Of a DNA stretch of 64,000 bases, positions 10,220 to 18,888 are shown piece after piece. A program made the translations under genes and the position numbers. The notes below the pieces were generated by a model that ran no database searches, had not been told where the DNA came from, and saw nothing but the letters and a program-made list of their open reading frames with translations. Position 1 is the stretch's first letter. Each line of letters opens with the position of its first letter. The stretch is from an uncultured Clostridia bacterium (lineage in GTDB: Bacteria > Bacillota > Clostridia > Oscillospirales > Oscillospiraceae), in assembly GCA_937894515.1 (NCBI GenBank), contig CALCRH010000259.1:4624-68623 (forward strand). Direction: 5' to 3'.

Positions 10220-11473
10220 ATGAATTGTAAACGAATTCTGTCTATCCTTCTGCTGCTGTACCTGCTGCTTGCCACTGTTGGCTGCGGTAAGACACCGGCA
10301 GAAAAACTGGCAGATGAAAAAGAGACTGTTTCCCTGACTATATGGGTCTATCCCATGGGAAACTGTGAAAATCAAACAGCAGTTGACTTGATGCTGAAAG
10401 ACTTTCGCAGCGAATATCCCTCTGTGACGTTGGACATTCGTTACCTCAGCGAAGAAAACGCCGACTTAGATGTCAGCAACGCCATCGAATGCGGCGAATG
10501 TCCGGATCTGCTCTTTGGCAGTCTGAGTCAGTTGCAGCATGCCCAGCGCCGCGGCGGTAAGGCTGTCGATCTTGCTCCGTTGTGCAAGGGAAACACCTAC
10601 CGCGTGGTAAAAGATGCCTGTACAGAACGTAACGGTTCTGTCTATGCGCTCCCTGTTGTCATGGACGTGACCTGCATGGCCATCAACTACGAGATGTTCC
10701 GCGATGCCAATGCCCTGCAGTATATCGATGAGGTACACCACAGTTGGACCACGGAAGGTTTTTTGCAAGCGGTCGAGGCCTTGCGGGTGCTGAATCAGGT
10801 CCCGGACGTGTTGGCTTTGTATTGCGGCGGGCAAAATGGAGACCAGGGGACCCGCGCCTTGGTCAGCAATCTCTACGGCGGACGCTTTACCGATGATAAT
10901 CATACCCGCTATACGTTAAACAGCGAAGAGAATATTCGGGCACTCACCACTTTACAGGGGCTGCGCGGCGTCATTTTTGACAAAGATATTACAGCTGACG
11001 ATGAAGCTGTTCTTTTTGCTCAGGAACAGCTGGCCATGAGCCTGTGCTGGAATGCACAGAAGGAACTGCCGGAAAAGTTTACCGCCTTTCCCATGGCCTA
11101 TCCCACCGAGGACGGTGCGGCAAAAATGCCCGGTGAGATTTGGGGCTTCGCCTGCTTTGATAACGGCGACATGGATAAGCGGGAGACTGCAAAAGTACTT
11201 CTGGCTGCTTTGAGTGAAACAGATGATGCCTACAACAAGCTGGTAGCACTCTGCGGCCACTATCCGGTAAGGCCGCTTGCAGGAATAGAAGCAGACGACT
11301 ATGCCTCTTTTATCCCCATGATGGGCAGCTATGACCTCTATACCCCCGGCTTCGCCGTTGCCCGCACCGAGTGGTATGAATTGTTGCAGCGGTTAGGCAG
11401 CGGCGATGATGTGACGTTGGAGGTGGAAACCTTCTGTGCCAACGCCAACGCCGCGGCAAGAAATCTGAAATAA
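10220..11473 (+). CDS. ABC transporter extracellular solute-binding lipoprotein (sugar-type), orphan
   Basis: Lipobox ATVGC, G.CPDL, NGSVYALP, AINYEMF motifs; GGAGG SD before ATG 10220. Confidence 0.8.
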   Translation: MNCKRILSILLLLYLLLATVGCGKTPAEKLADEKETVSLTIWVYPMGNCENQTAVDLMLKDFRSEYPSVTLDIRYLSEENADLDVSNAIECGECPDLLFGSLSQLQHAQRRGGKAVDLAPLCKGNTYRVVKDACTERNGSVYALPVVMDVTCMAINYEMFRDANALQYIDEVHHSWTTEGFLQAVEALRVLNQVPDVLALYCGGQNGDQGTRALVSNLYGGRFTDDNHTRYTLNSEENIRALTTLQGLRGVIFDKDITADDEAVLFAQEQLAMSLCWNAQKELPEKFTAFPMAYPTEDGAAKMPGEIWGFACFDNGDMDKRETAKVLLAALSETDDAYNKLVALCGHYPVRPLAGIEADDYASFIPMMGSYDLYTPGFAVARTEWYELLQRLGSGDDVTLEVETFCANANAAARNLK

Positions 11474-11503
11474 AAAAATCGGAGCAAATGCTCCGATTTT
11501 TTT
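11472..11503. repeat. 32-bp palindromic terminator, copy 1 (apparent target duplication)
   Basis: AAAAAAATCGGAGCAAATGCTCCGATTTTTTT, identical to 11707-11738. Confidence 0.92.
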
Positions 11504-11706
11504 CAGCTTGTCAAAAAAGCCTCTGGCTTTTTTGACAAGCTGAAAAAGCACAGCATTTTGCATTCTGCAAAATGCGAAAAACGGCTGATTTCAGCCGTTT
11601 TTTGTGCTACTATTTCATTCGAGGCGGGCTTTTGCCCCCTCGAGCTCCCCCGCTACTCTATCATTCGTAAGCTTTCGCTTTTTGCTTCAAGTTTTTTGAC
11701 AGTCTG
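11504..11706. mobile_element. 203-bp non-autonomous MITE-like element, possibly IS1182-derived
   Basis: Terminal IRs CAGCTTGTCAAAAAA / TTTTTTGACAGTCTG (13/15 match), flanked by perfect 32-bp direct repeats; no ORF; several internal hairpins. Confidence 0.7.
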
Positions 11707-11738
11707 AAAAAAATCGGAGCAAATGCTCCGATTTTTTT
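11707..11738. repeat. 32-bp palindromic terminator, copy 2
   Basis: Identical to 11472-11503; overlaps the aminopeptidase stop codon. Confidence 0.92.
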
Positions 11739-13128
11739 ATTCCGCTTCAAAGACAGCCTTACAGCCCTTGTATGTCATGTAGCAGTCCAGCTTGGACACC
11801 ACCTCAAAGGGTGCGTGCATACTCAAAACCGGCACACCCGCGTCCAGCGTGGCGATGTTGCGGTTGGCCATATACTGAGCCACCGTGCCGCCGCCGCCGA
11901 TGTCCACCTTGCCCAGCTCCGCGATCTGCCAGATCACAGCGGCATCGTCCATCACACGGCGAACATAAGCCACGGTTTCGGCGCCGGCATCGCTGGCGCC
12001 GGATTTGCCCCGGGCGCCGGTGTATTTGCAAAAGCCGATGCCGTGGTTGAGATAGGCGGCGTTCTTCTTTTCAAATACCTCTGCAAAGTTGGGGTCAAAT
12101 GCCGCCGTCACATCGGCACTGAGACAGAACGCATTTTCATAGCACTCCCGCAGCAGGACGTTCTGCCCATCGCACAGGTCGTTTATGAAGGTATCAAAGC
12201 CGGCGCTCTGCATACCGGTAACACCCATGGAGCCGATCTCCTCTTTGTCTGCCAGCATGCACACGGCGGTCTTTTCCGGCGTACCGATATCCAGAATGGC
12301 CTGTAACGCCGCATAGCCGCACACCCGGTCGTCGTGGCCGTAAGCGCCGATCATGCTGCCGTCAATGCCGATGTCGGTCACATCCAGCGCCGGGACACAT
12401 TCCAGCTCTGCGGAGGTAAAGTCGTCCTCGGTGATGCCGTACTTCTCATTCAGCTTTTCCATCACGGTCAGCTTTACCCGGTCGCTGTCCTCGCCGCAGA
12501 CAGGGCGGGAACCCAGCAGGATATTCAGACTCTCGGCGGGAATGGCCTCGGACAGGGGCTTCTTGCCCTGCTCGGCACCCAGATGGGGCAGCAGATCGGT
12601 GATGACAAACTTGGGTTCGCTTCCCTCGCCCAACGCCACGTTCACCACGGTGCCGTCCTTCAGCGCCACCACGCCGTACAGCGCCAGGGGCAGGGTCACC
12701 CACTGGTACTTGCGGATACCGCCGTAGTAATGGGTCTTAAAATACGCCAGCTCGTTGTCTTCATACAGGGGATTGGGCTTGAGGTCAAGGCGCGGAGAAT
12801 CGATATGTGCCGCAGCGATCTGGCAGCCCTCGGACAGGGGGCGCTTGCCGATCACCGCCAGCATCACGCTCTTGCCCCGGTTGCAGGAATACACCTTATC
12901 GCCGCTTTGGAGCGCCATGCCGCGCTTATACGGCACAAAGCCGTGCTTTTCCGCCAGTTCCACGGTCAAAGCCGCACAGAGCCGTTCGGTCTTGCCCTTT
13001 TGCAGAAAATCCATGTATTTGGCGCAGTAATCTGCCATAGCCATTTCTTCGGCGGCGGGCATACGGTCATAGCCGTTCTTGTTGGAAGCAAAGACTTTTT
13101 CCTTGCGCGCTTTCAGTTCTTCATTCAT
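11737..13128 (-). CDS. M18 family aminopeptidase
   Basis: AAHIDSPRLDLKP, YYGGI, GHDDR, DKEEIGS, SADV, LSMHAP; start ATG 13128 overlaps upstream TGA. Confidence 0.93.
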   Translation of the reverse strand: MNEELKARKEKVFASNKNGYDRMPAAEEMAMADYCAKYMDFLQKGKTERLCAALTVELAEKHGFVPYKRGMALQSGDKVYSCNRGKSVMLAVIGKRPLSEGCQIAAAHIDSPRLDLKPNPLYEDNELAYFKTHYYGGIRKYQWVTLPLALYGVVALKDGTVVNVALGEGSEPKFVITDLLPHLGAEQGKKPLSEAIPAESLNILLGSRPVCGEDSDRVKLTVMEKLNEKYGITEDDFTSAELECVPALDVTDIGIDGSMIGAYGHDDRVCGYAALQAILDIGTPEKTAVCMLADKEEIGSMGVTGMQSAGFDTFINDLCDGQNVLLRECYENAFCLSADVTAAFDPNFAEVFEKKNAAYLNHGIGFCKYTGARGKSGASDAGAETVAYVRRVMDDAAVIWQIAELGKVDIGGGGTVAQYMANRNIATLDAGVPVLSMHAPFEVVSKLDCYMTYKGCKAVFEAE

Positions 13129-14756
13129 AGGGAATTCTCCTCCTTGCATAGCATCAGAAGCGTGGCGTAGGCCACCTCCTCGAAAGCCGAGAGCGTCCCG
13201 GCATTGTTGACCAAAGTATCCGTGCAGTTCTCCCGATAAAAACTGTCATCTTTCTGTGCCTCTACCCGAAGCCGCGCATATTCCTCCGGGATCTTGTCCC
13301 GGGCCATGATGCGCTTGATTCGATCCTCTTTCGGTGCCAGCACGGCAACCGTGCGCTTGCACAGCTTATAAAGACCTGACTCGATCAGGTTGATAGCGTC
13401 CACAGCGATAATGGGGGCCATACCGTATGCCGTCATGCGGCGCTCAAGCTCCCGTGGCAAAAATTCATAGATAATGCCGTTCAGCTTTTGAAGCTGCATC
13501 GGATCACCGAATACGATCTGCCCCAGCTTCTGGCGGTTGAGGCCGTTTTCATCAAACACATCTCCAAAGGTATCCATCAGCGCCTGCCGCAATTCGGGAT
13601 CGGTTTTCAGCAGTTCGTGGTAAATGGCATCGCAGTCCAGTACGGCGCCGCCCAATTTTTTCACCGCATTGAGGGCACTGGTTTTCCCCGCACCGGTAGG
13701 ACCGGTAATCCCCACGATCAACGGCTCGCCCATGTCAATCACATGGAAGCCGGCCGCTTTTTTCAGCCGATTGCCTATCGCCAGTCCCAGTCCCAAACTA
13801 TCGGGGCATTGGGAATAGATCTTTTCCGCATCGGTGCTGTCAAAGGCTCGCAGCGCATAGAACACGTTCCGCGCCTGGGCAGTTTTATCCTGCATGGATC
13901 CCAGACATTGGACAACAAATCCCTGAAACAAAGGCGCAAATTCATCAAAGCAAATCACGCCGGTCTTGCTGTCCAGCCGGCCGGCAATATAGCTGGCAGA
14001 GCGCATGGGATTGCCTGTTACCACGGTAAGCGGCGCTTTCGGTGCGTAATGGCGATAGGCCATACCGGGCGCATGGGGTTTTTCTCCCTCGGCCAGTTTT
14101 TCCGTTACCGCCTTGTCCACGGCTACTTCGCCCAAAACGCTCTCCAGTTCCTCCAGCGCCAGTCCGCCGGGACGGAGCAGGCGGGGCGGAGTCACAGTCA
14201 GGTCAATGATGGTACTCTCCACGCCTACGCGGCAAGCACCACCATCCACAATGCCATCGATCCTGCCGTCCATGTCCTCTTTCATGTCGGCAGCATTGGT
14301 GGGGCTGGGGCGCCCTGAAAGATTGCCGCTGGGTGCGGCAATGGGTACACCGGCAGCGGCAATAATGGCCTGGGTCATCGGGTGGTCCGGGCAGCGGATG
14401 CCAACCGTCTCCAATCCCCCTGTGGTACGCAGCGGCACGATCTCCCGCCGCGGCAGGATCATGGTCAGCGGCCCCGGCCAGAACATAGAGGCCAGAAGAT
14501 AGGCCGTTTCCGGCACATCACGGCAGTATCTGTCGATCCAGGCAATGTCGTTTGGCACATGGATAATCAGCGGGTTGTCCTGGGGACGGCCTTTGGCCTC
14601 AAAAATATGCCGTACTGCCTCTTCGTCCAAAGCGTTTGCACCCAGACCGTACACCGTCTCCGTGGGTATGCCGAGAAGACCGCCGCGTTTGATGATCGCG
14701 GCAGCCTCTTGGATCGCATATTTTTCTTTTTCCGGATAAAAAATTTTGGTTTGCAA
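13125..14756 (-). CDS. sua5-coaE: Sua5-type threonylcarbamoyl-AMP synthase fused to dephospho-CoA kinase
   Basis: PTETVYGLGA, KGRPQDNPLI, PGMAYRHYAP, NRLKKAAG, then in frame IVGITGPTGAGKT..DCDAIYHELL..LNRQKLGQIVFGD..RIMARD. Confidence 0.9.
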   Translation of the reverse strand: MQTKIFYPEKEKYAIQEAAAIIKRGGLLGIPTETVYGLGANALDEEAVRHIFEAKGRPQDNPLIIHVPNDIAWIDRYCRDVPETAYLLASMFWPGPLTMILPRREIVPLRTTGGLETVGIRCPDHPMTQAIIAAAGVPIAAPSGNLSGRPSPTNAADMKEDMDGRIDGIVDGGACRVGVESTIIDLTVTPPRLLRPGGLALEELESVLGEVAVDKAVTEKLAEGEKPHAPGMAYRHYAPKAPLTVVTGNPMRSASYIAGRLDSKTGVICFDEFAPLFQGFVVQCLGSMQDKTAQARNVFYALRAFDSTDAEKIYSQCPDSLGLGLAIGNRLKKAAGFHVIDMGEPLIVGITGPTGAGKTSALNAVKKLGGAVLDCDAIYHELLKTDPELRQALMDTFGDVFDENGLNRQKLGQIVFGDPMQLQKLNGIIYEFLPRELERRMTAYGMAPIIAVDAINLIESGLYKLCKRTVAVLAPKEDRIKRIMARDKIPEEYARLRVEAQKDDSFYRENCTDTLVNNAGTLSAFEEVAYATLLMLCKEENSL

Positions 14757-14772
14757 TTTCAGGTCTTCTTTC

Positions 14773-15411
14773 TTAAAAGCCTAAATCCTCGCCCACCAGC
14801 ACGACCTTGATCCGGCCGGCAGGGCGGACGCCCCGGGTGATAACGATCTGATTACAGATACAGTCGGGGCTGACACAGTCGGCACATTGTCCGGTCACGC
14901 TGCAAGGCGTCTTGCCGTCAAAGCGCTGGGCGTTCATGGGGGCAGCAATATGCCGTGCCCGCGAGATCGCAGCATCCAGATCGGGTGCCACCTTGTTCAT
15001 ACCGGCCACCACCACGACGCTCTTGGGGCCATAGCACAGAGCGGCTACGCGATTTGCTGCGCCGTCAATATTCACCAGCTCGCCGGTTTCGGCAATGGCA
15101 TTGGCAGACATCAAAAAAGTACCGCAGAACAGGGACTGACGCATGATCGCATCGCGCTCTTCCGGCGTTTTGGCGGTGTCGCGGTCGACAAGCTTCTGGC
15201 CGCGCTTTTTCAGCAATTCCTTGATGCCAAGCTGATTGACGGTCATGGTACCGCCCCAGGACACGGTGTCCTCCGGCGGGATCAGTTCCAGTACCTTTTG
15301 GGCAGCTTCCTCTGCCGTAGAGCAGTAGTAGGCTTCCATACGGCGGCGGCGAATGGCCTCTGCCACTTTTGGTCCCGCCTTATCATACATTTTCTTTGTC
15401 CATTCCAACAT
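14773..15411 (-). CDS. LUD-domain (lactate utilization C-like) protein
   Basis: WGGTMT, SANAI, ELVNIDGAANRVAA, GMNKV, C-terminal Cys cluster. Confidence 0.85.
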   Translation of the reverse strand: MLEWTKKMYDKAGPKVAEAIRRRRMEAYYCSTAEEAAQKVLELIPPEDTVSWGGTMTVNQLGIKELLKKRGQKLVDRDTAKTPEERDAIMRQSLFCGTFLMSANAIAETGELVNIDGAANRVAALCYGPKSVVVVAGMNKVAPDLDAAISRARHIAAPMNAQRFDGKTPCSVTGQCADCVSPDCICNQIVITRGVRPAGRIKVVLVGEDLGF

Positions 15412-15426
15412 AGCTATGCTCCTCCT

Positions 15427-16494
15427 TTATTTGTTTTCGTTGTCCAAAAGCTGCGCTTGTTCGGCAAGCGTCAGCGCATCAATAATGCTATCCATATCAC
15501 CGTCTAAAAAAGAAGTAACGGCCATGGATTTGTTCTCGCCGCTCAAACGGTGATCCACCACGATCTTCTCCTGAAATCGATAGGTGCGGATTTTTTCGGA
15601 TCGTTCACCGCCGCCGATCTGCAGCTTTCGGCGCCGGGCATATTCCGCATCCTGTCTGGCCCGTTCCGCTTCATTCAGTCGACTGCGCAGGATTTTCATA
15701 GCGCGATCCTTGTTCTTATACTGGCTGCGCTCATCCTGACATTCTACCACCATGCCCGTGGGCAGGTGGGTAATGCGAATGGCGGACTCCGTCTTGTTCA
15801 CGTGCTGGCCGCCGGCGCCGGAGGAATGGTAGGTGTCAATCTTCAAGTCCTTGGGGTCGATGACAAACTCCACTTCCTCCACCTCCGGCATCACCGCAAC
15901 GGTAGCGGTGGAGGTGTGGATCCGTCCGGCGCTCTCGGTCTCCGGCACCCGTTTGACACAATGGGTGCCGGCTTCAAATTTCAAGCGCGACCATACGCCG
16001 ATTCCCTCGACTATGGCCACCGCTTCTTTTACGCCGCCCAGCTCCGTCAAGCTTGCGCTGACCACGTCAAACGCAAAGCCCCGCTTTTGGGCATACATAC
16101 GGTACATTCGCAGAAGATCGGAGGCAAACAAGGCGCCTTCTTCTCCGCCTACACCGGCACGGATCTCCAGCACGGCAGAGCGCTCGTCATCGGGATCCTT
16201 GGGCAGCAGCAACAGCTGTAATCGTTCCCAGAGTGCGGTCTGCTGGGCCTTTGCCGCGGACAGTTCCTCCTGAGCCAGGGCACGCATTTCAGCATCGTTC
16301 ATCAGTGCTTTGGCGTCCTCTTCTGCCTGTTGGGCGGCAAGATAGGCGCGGTAGGTCTCCGACACCTCTGCAAGCTCTCGCTGCTGTTGCTGTAATCGCG
16401 TTAACTCCCTGTGGTCTGCATAGGCTTTCGGATCATTCAGCCGTTCGCAGATCTCCGCATATCGCTGCTCAATTTTGGCAAGCTTATCCAGCAT
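15427..16494 (-). CDS. prfA: Peptide chain release factor 1, divergent
   Basis: EIRAGVGGEE, PET specificity tripeptide, GRIHTS, GAGGQHVNKTESA, CQDERSQ; start ATG 16494. Confidence 0.88.
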   Translation of the reverse strand: MLDKLAKIEQRYAEICERLNDPKAYADHRELTRLQQQQRELAEVSETYRAYLAAQQAEEDAKALMNDAEMRALAQEELSAAKAQQTALWERLQLLLLPKDPDDERSAVLEIRAGVGGEEGALFASDLLRMYRMYAQKRGFAFDVVSASLTELGGVKEAVAIVEGIGVWSRLKFEAGTHCVKRVPETESAGRIHTSTATVAVMPEVEEVEFVIDPKDLKIDTYHSSGAGGQHVNKTESAIRITHLPTGMVVECQDERSQYKNKDRAMKILRSRLNEAERARQDAEYARRRKLQIGGGERSEKIRTYRFQEKIVVDHRLSGENKSMAVTSFLDGDMDSIIDALTLAEQAQLLDNENK

Positions 16495-16981
16495 CGTTCT
16501 GCTCCATATAGCGCTGCACATCGCCCACAAACTGATCCCGCCAGAAATCATAGCCCTCGCTTTCCGGCTTCAGTGACACGCCGAGGATGTGCTTTTCCTT
16601 TGTGTAGAGATCCATCTGGGTATAGACCGCATCACAGCGGCGGTTGCCGCTTCTTGTCAGAACATAGGCCACCTTGTGCATTTCCAGCCCGCGGCGTTTG
16701 AGAAGCCCCCGTATGGGACTTGCGCAGCGTCCTGCCCAAACAGGCGTACCCACAATCACCAGCTTATACTCCTCGATGGGCTTCTGCGTTTCAAAGGGAC
16801 GCAGCGGATGGGTGGATTTTCGCATGGCATCCATACCGCAGTGGATATAACCGCGCCAGCCGTCACGGTTCTGCTCATCGCTGATGGCCACCACCTCGGC
16901 ATCTAACGCAAATGCAATCTCTTTCATGGCGCGGCGTGTATTCCCGGTTCTGGAATAATAAAGGCAAAGAATATCGCTCAT
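16484..16981 (-). CDS. Flavodoxin-like protein
   Basis: YYSRTGNT FMN-phosphate loop, IVGTPVWAG. Confidence 0.82.
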   Translation of the reverse strand: MSDILCLYYSRTGNTRRAMKEIAFALDAEVVAISDEQNRDGWRGYIHCGMDAMRKSTHPLRPFETQKPIEEYKLVIVGTPVWAGRCASPIRGLLKRRGLEMHKVAYVLTRSGNRRCDAVYTQMDLYTKEKHILGVSLKPESEGYDFWRDQFVGDVQRYMEQNDAG

Positions 16982-18888
16982 ACTATCGTCTCCTGTTCTT
17001 CAACTTGTTGGCAAAGGACTTCCCAGCGTTCCATTTCCACAGTCAGTTGTTCCTCTAACCGTGTAATCTTACTGTAAATCTCTCCTACTTGATCCGCATC
17101 GCTGCCACAGTCCGCCATGGCATCGTTGAGTTTGGCAATTTCCGCTTCCAGTGAGGCAATCGCACTCTCGCAAATCGTCAGCTTCTTTCGTGCTGCCTGC
17201 TGCATACGATTGCCGCGGCCGGTACGGGTATCGCCCTTTTTTGCCGGCGTATTTACAGTCGTCTGCTCTGTCGTTTCTGCCGCTTTTACCCTGCGATACT
17301 GGTCAAAGCCCATGGGGTAGTCGGTAATCGTCCCGTTCTCCAGTTCCCATATCCGGGTGGCAAAGCGTTGGATAAAATAGCGGTCATGGCTGACAAAGAG
17401 CAGCGTTCCGTCAAATGCCTCCACCGCTTCTTCGATCCATTCCCGGCTGTCAATGTCCAAATGGTTGGTGGGCTCATCGAGAATGAGAAAATTGATCTCC
17501 TCATCCATCAGCATACACAGCCGCAGGCGGCTGAGCTCACCGCCGGACAGCACGCTGACGCTCTTGAACACGTCCTCCCCGGTAAAGTCGTAGGCCGCCA
17601 GACGGTTCCGCGCTGAGGTGGCAGTCATACCCTTCTTTTCGTAGCACATGGTGTCCACCATACTGCGCTCCGGGTGGGCAAAATCAATGATCTGCTGTAA
17701 GTAGGCTGTGCGGATGCTGGGTCCCTTGCGGATCGAACCGCTGTCCAAGGTCTCGCAGCCCATGATCATGTTCAGAAGTGTGGTCTTTCCGGTTCCGTTT
17801 TCTCCCAGCAGGGCAATCCGTTCTCCCGGCTCAATCCGGAGATAGACCTCATCAAACAGTTTTCGCGTATCAAAGGACTTGCTGACGCCCTTGATCTGTA
17901 ATACCTCATCGCCCCGAAACTCCCGGCTGGCAAATCGCGCATCCATCTTCTTTGCTTTGGTTGGCTTTTCCGTCTTACGCATCCGCTCAATTCGCCGCTC
18001 CATGGAGATGGCACGGCGATAGGTCTTGTCCAAGCCTTTAAAGGCGAACATCCGCAGTTGTTCGGCAGACTTCTCCAGCTGAGAGATCTTAGCCTGTTCC
18101 TTTTCGTACTGCTTCAGCTGTTCCTGATAGCGCCGTTCCTTTTCGATGGCATAAAAGCTGTAATTCCCGGCATAAAATGCCGCCTTTCCATCTGCGATCT
18201 CAATGATGCGATTCACGGTGCGATCCAGGAAATAGCGGTCATGGGAAATGGCAATGATGGTACCGCGGAACTTTTCCAAATAGGACTCCAGCCACTCCGT
18301 TGCCTGTAAATCCAGGTGGTTGGTCGGCTCGTCCAGCAGCAAAATATCCGTGTCTTCCAAAATCAGTCTGCCCAGATTGACCCGCGTCTTTTCTCCGCCG
18401 GACAGGCTGTCAAACATCTGCTGCCGCATGGCAGAACTGATATTCAGGCCGTTGGCCACCTTGTTCACCGCGGTGTCGGTATCGTAGCCGCCCAAGCCCT
18501 CAAATCGCGCTGCCAAATCGCCATAACGCTTGAGAGTCTCTTCCTCGGTGTCACCCTGCGCCATTTTTCCGGCCAGCCGCTCCATCTCATTGCGCAGAGT
18601 ATCCATTCGGGCAAAAGCACTGCACAGCACGTCCTCCACGGTATAGCCCGCCGGATAGACCGGAATCTGTGAAATCAAGCCCAAACGGCAGCCGGAGGCA
18701 ATTACGATCTCTCCGCTGTCGTAGTCCAGTTCGCCGGTCAAAATCTTAAACAGCGTGGTTTTCCCGGCGCCGTTTCGGCCCAAAAGGCCTACCCGCTCGC
18801 CGGTGTTGATCTGGAACGTCAAGCCATCCAATATTCTCTTTTCCAAATCGAAGGACTTTACCAGATCCCGTACGCTGACATCAATCAC
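16978..18888 (-). CDS. ABC-F family ribosome-associated ATPase
   Basis: Two ABC cassettes (GRNGAGKTT, LSGGE, LDEPTNHLD, SHDRYF), no TM, C-terminal coiled coil. Confidence 0.93.
   Translation of the reverse strand: MIDVSVRDLVKSFDLEKRILDGLTFQINTGERVGLLGRNGAGKTTLFKILTGELDYDSGEIVIASGCRLGLISQIPVYPAGYTVEDVLCSAFARMDTLRNEMERLAGKMAQGDTEEETLKRYGDLAARFEGLGGYDTDTAVNKVANGLNISSAMRQQMFDSLSGGEKTRVNLGRLILEDTDILLLDEPTNHLDLQATEWLESYLEKFRGTIIAISHDRYFLDRTVNRIIEIADGKAAFYAGNYSFYAIEKERRYQEQLKQYEKEQAKISQLEKSAEQLRMFAFKGLDKTYRRAISMERRIERMRKTEKPTKAKKMDARFASREFRGDEVLQIKGVSKSFDTRKLFDEVYLRIEPGERIALLGENGTGKTTLLNMIMGCETLDSGSIRKGPSIRTAYLQQIIDFAHPERSMVDTMCYEKKGMTATSARNRLAAYDFTGEDVFKSVSVLSGGELSRLRLCMLMDEEINFLILDEPTNHLDIDSREWIEEAVEAFDGTLLFVSHDRYFIQRFATRIWELENGTITDYPMGFDQYRRVKAAETTEQTTVNTPAKKGDTRTGRGNRMQQAARKKLTICESAIASLEAEIAKLNDAMADCGSDADQVGEIYSKITRLEEQLTVEMERWEVLCQQVEEQETIV

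Noticed and set aside
16978..18888. Antibiotic-resistance ABC-F
   Set aside because: Housekeeping operon context and no mobile or attenuator features; subfamily cannot be assigned by eye.
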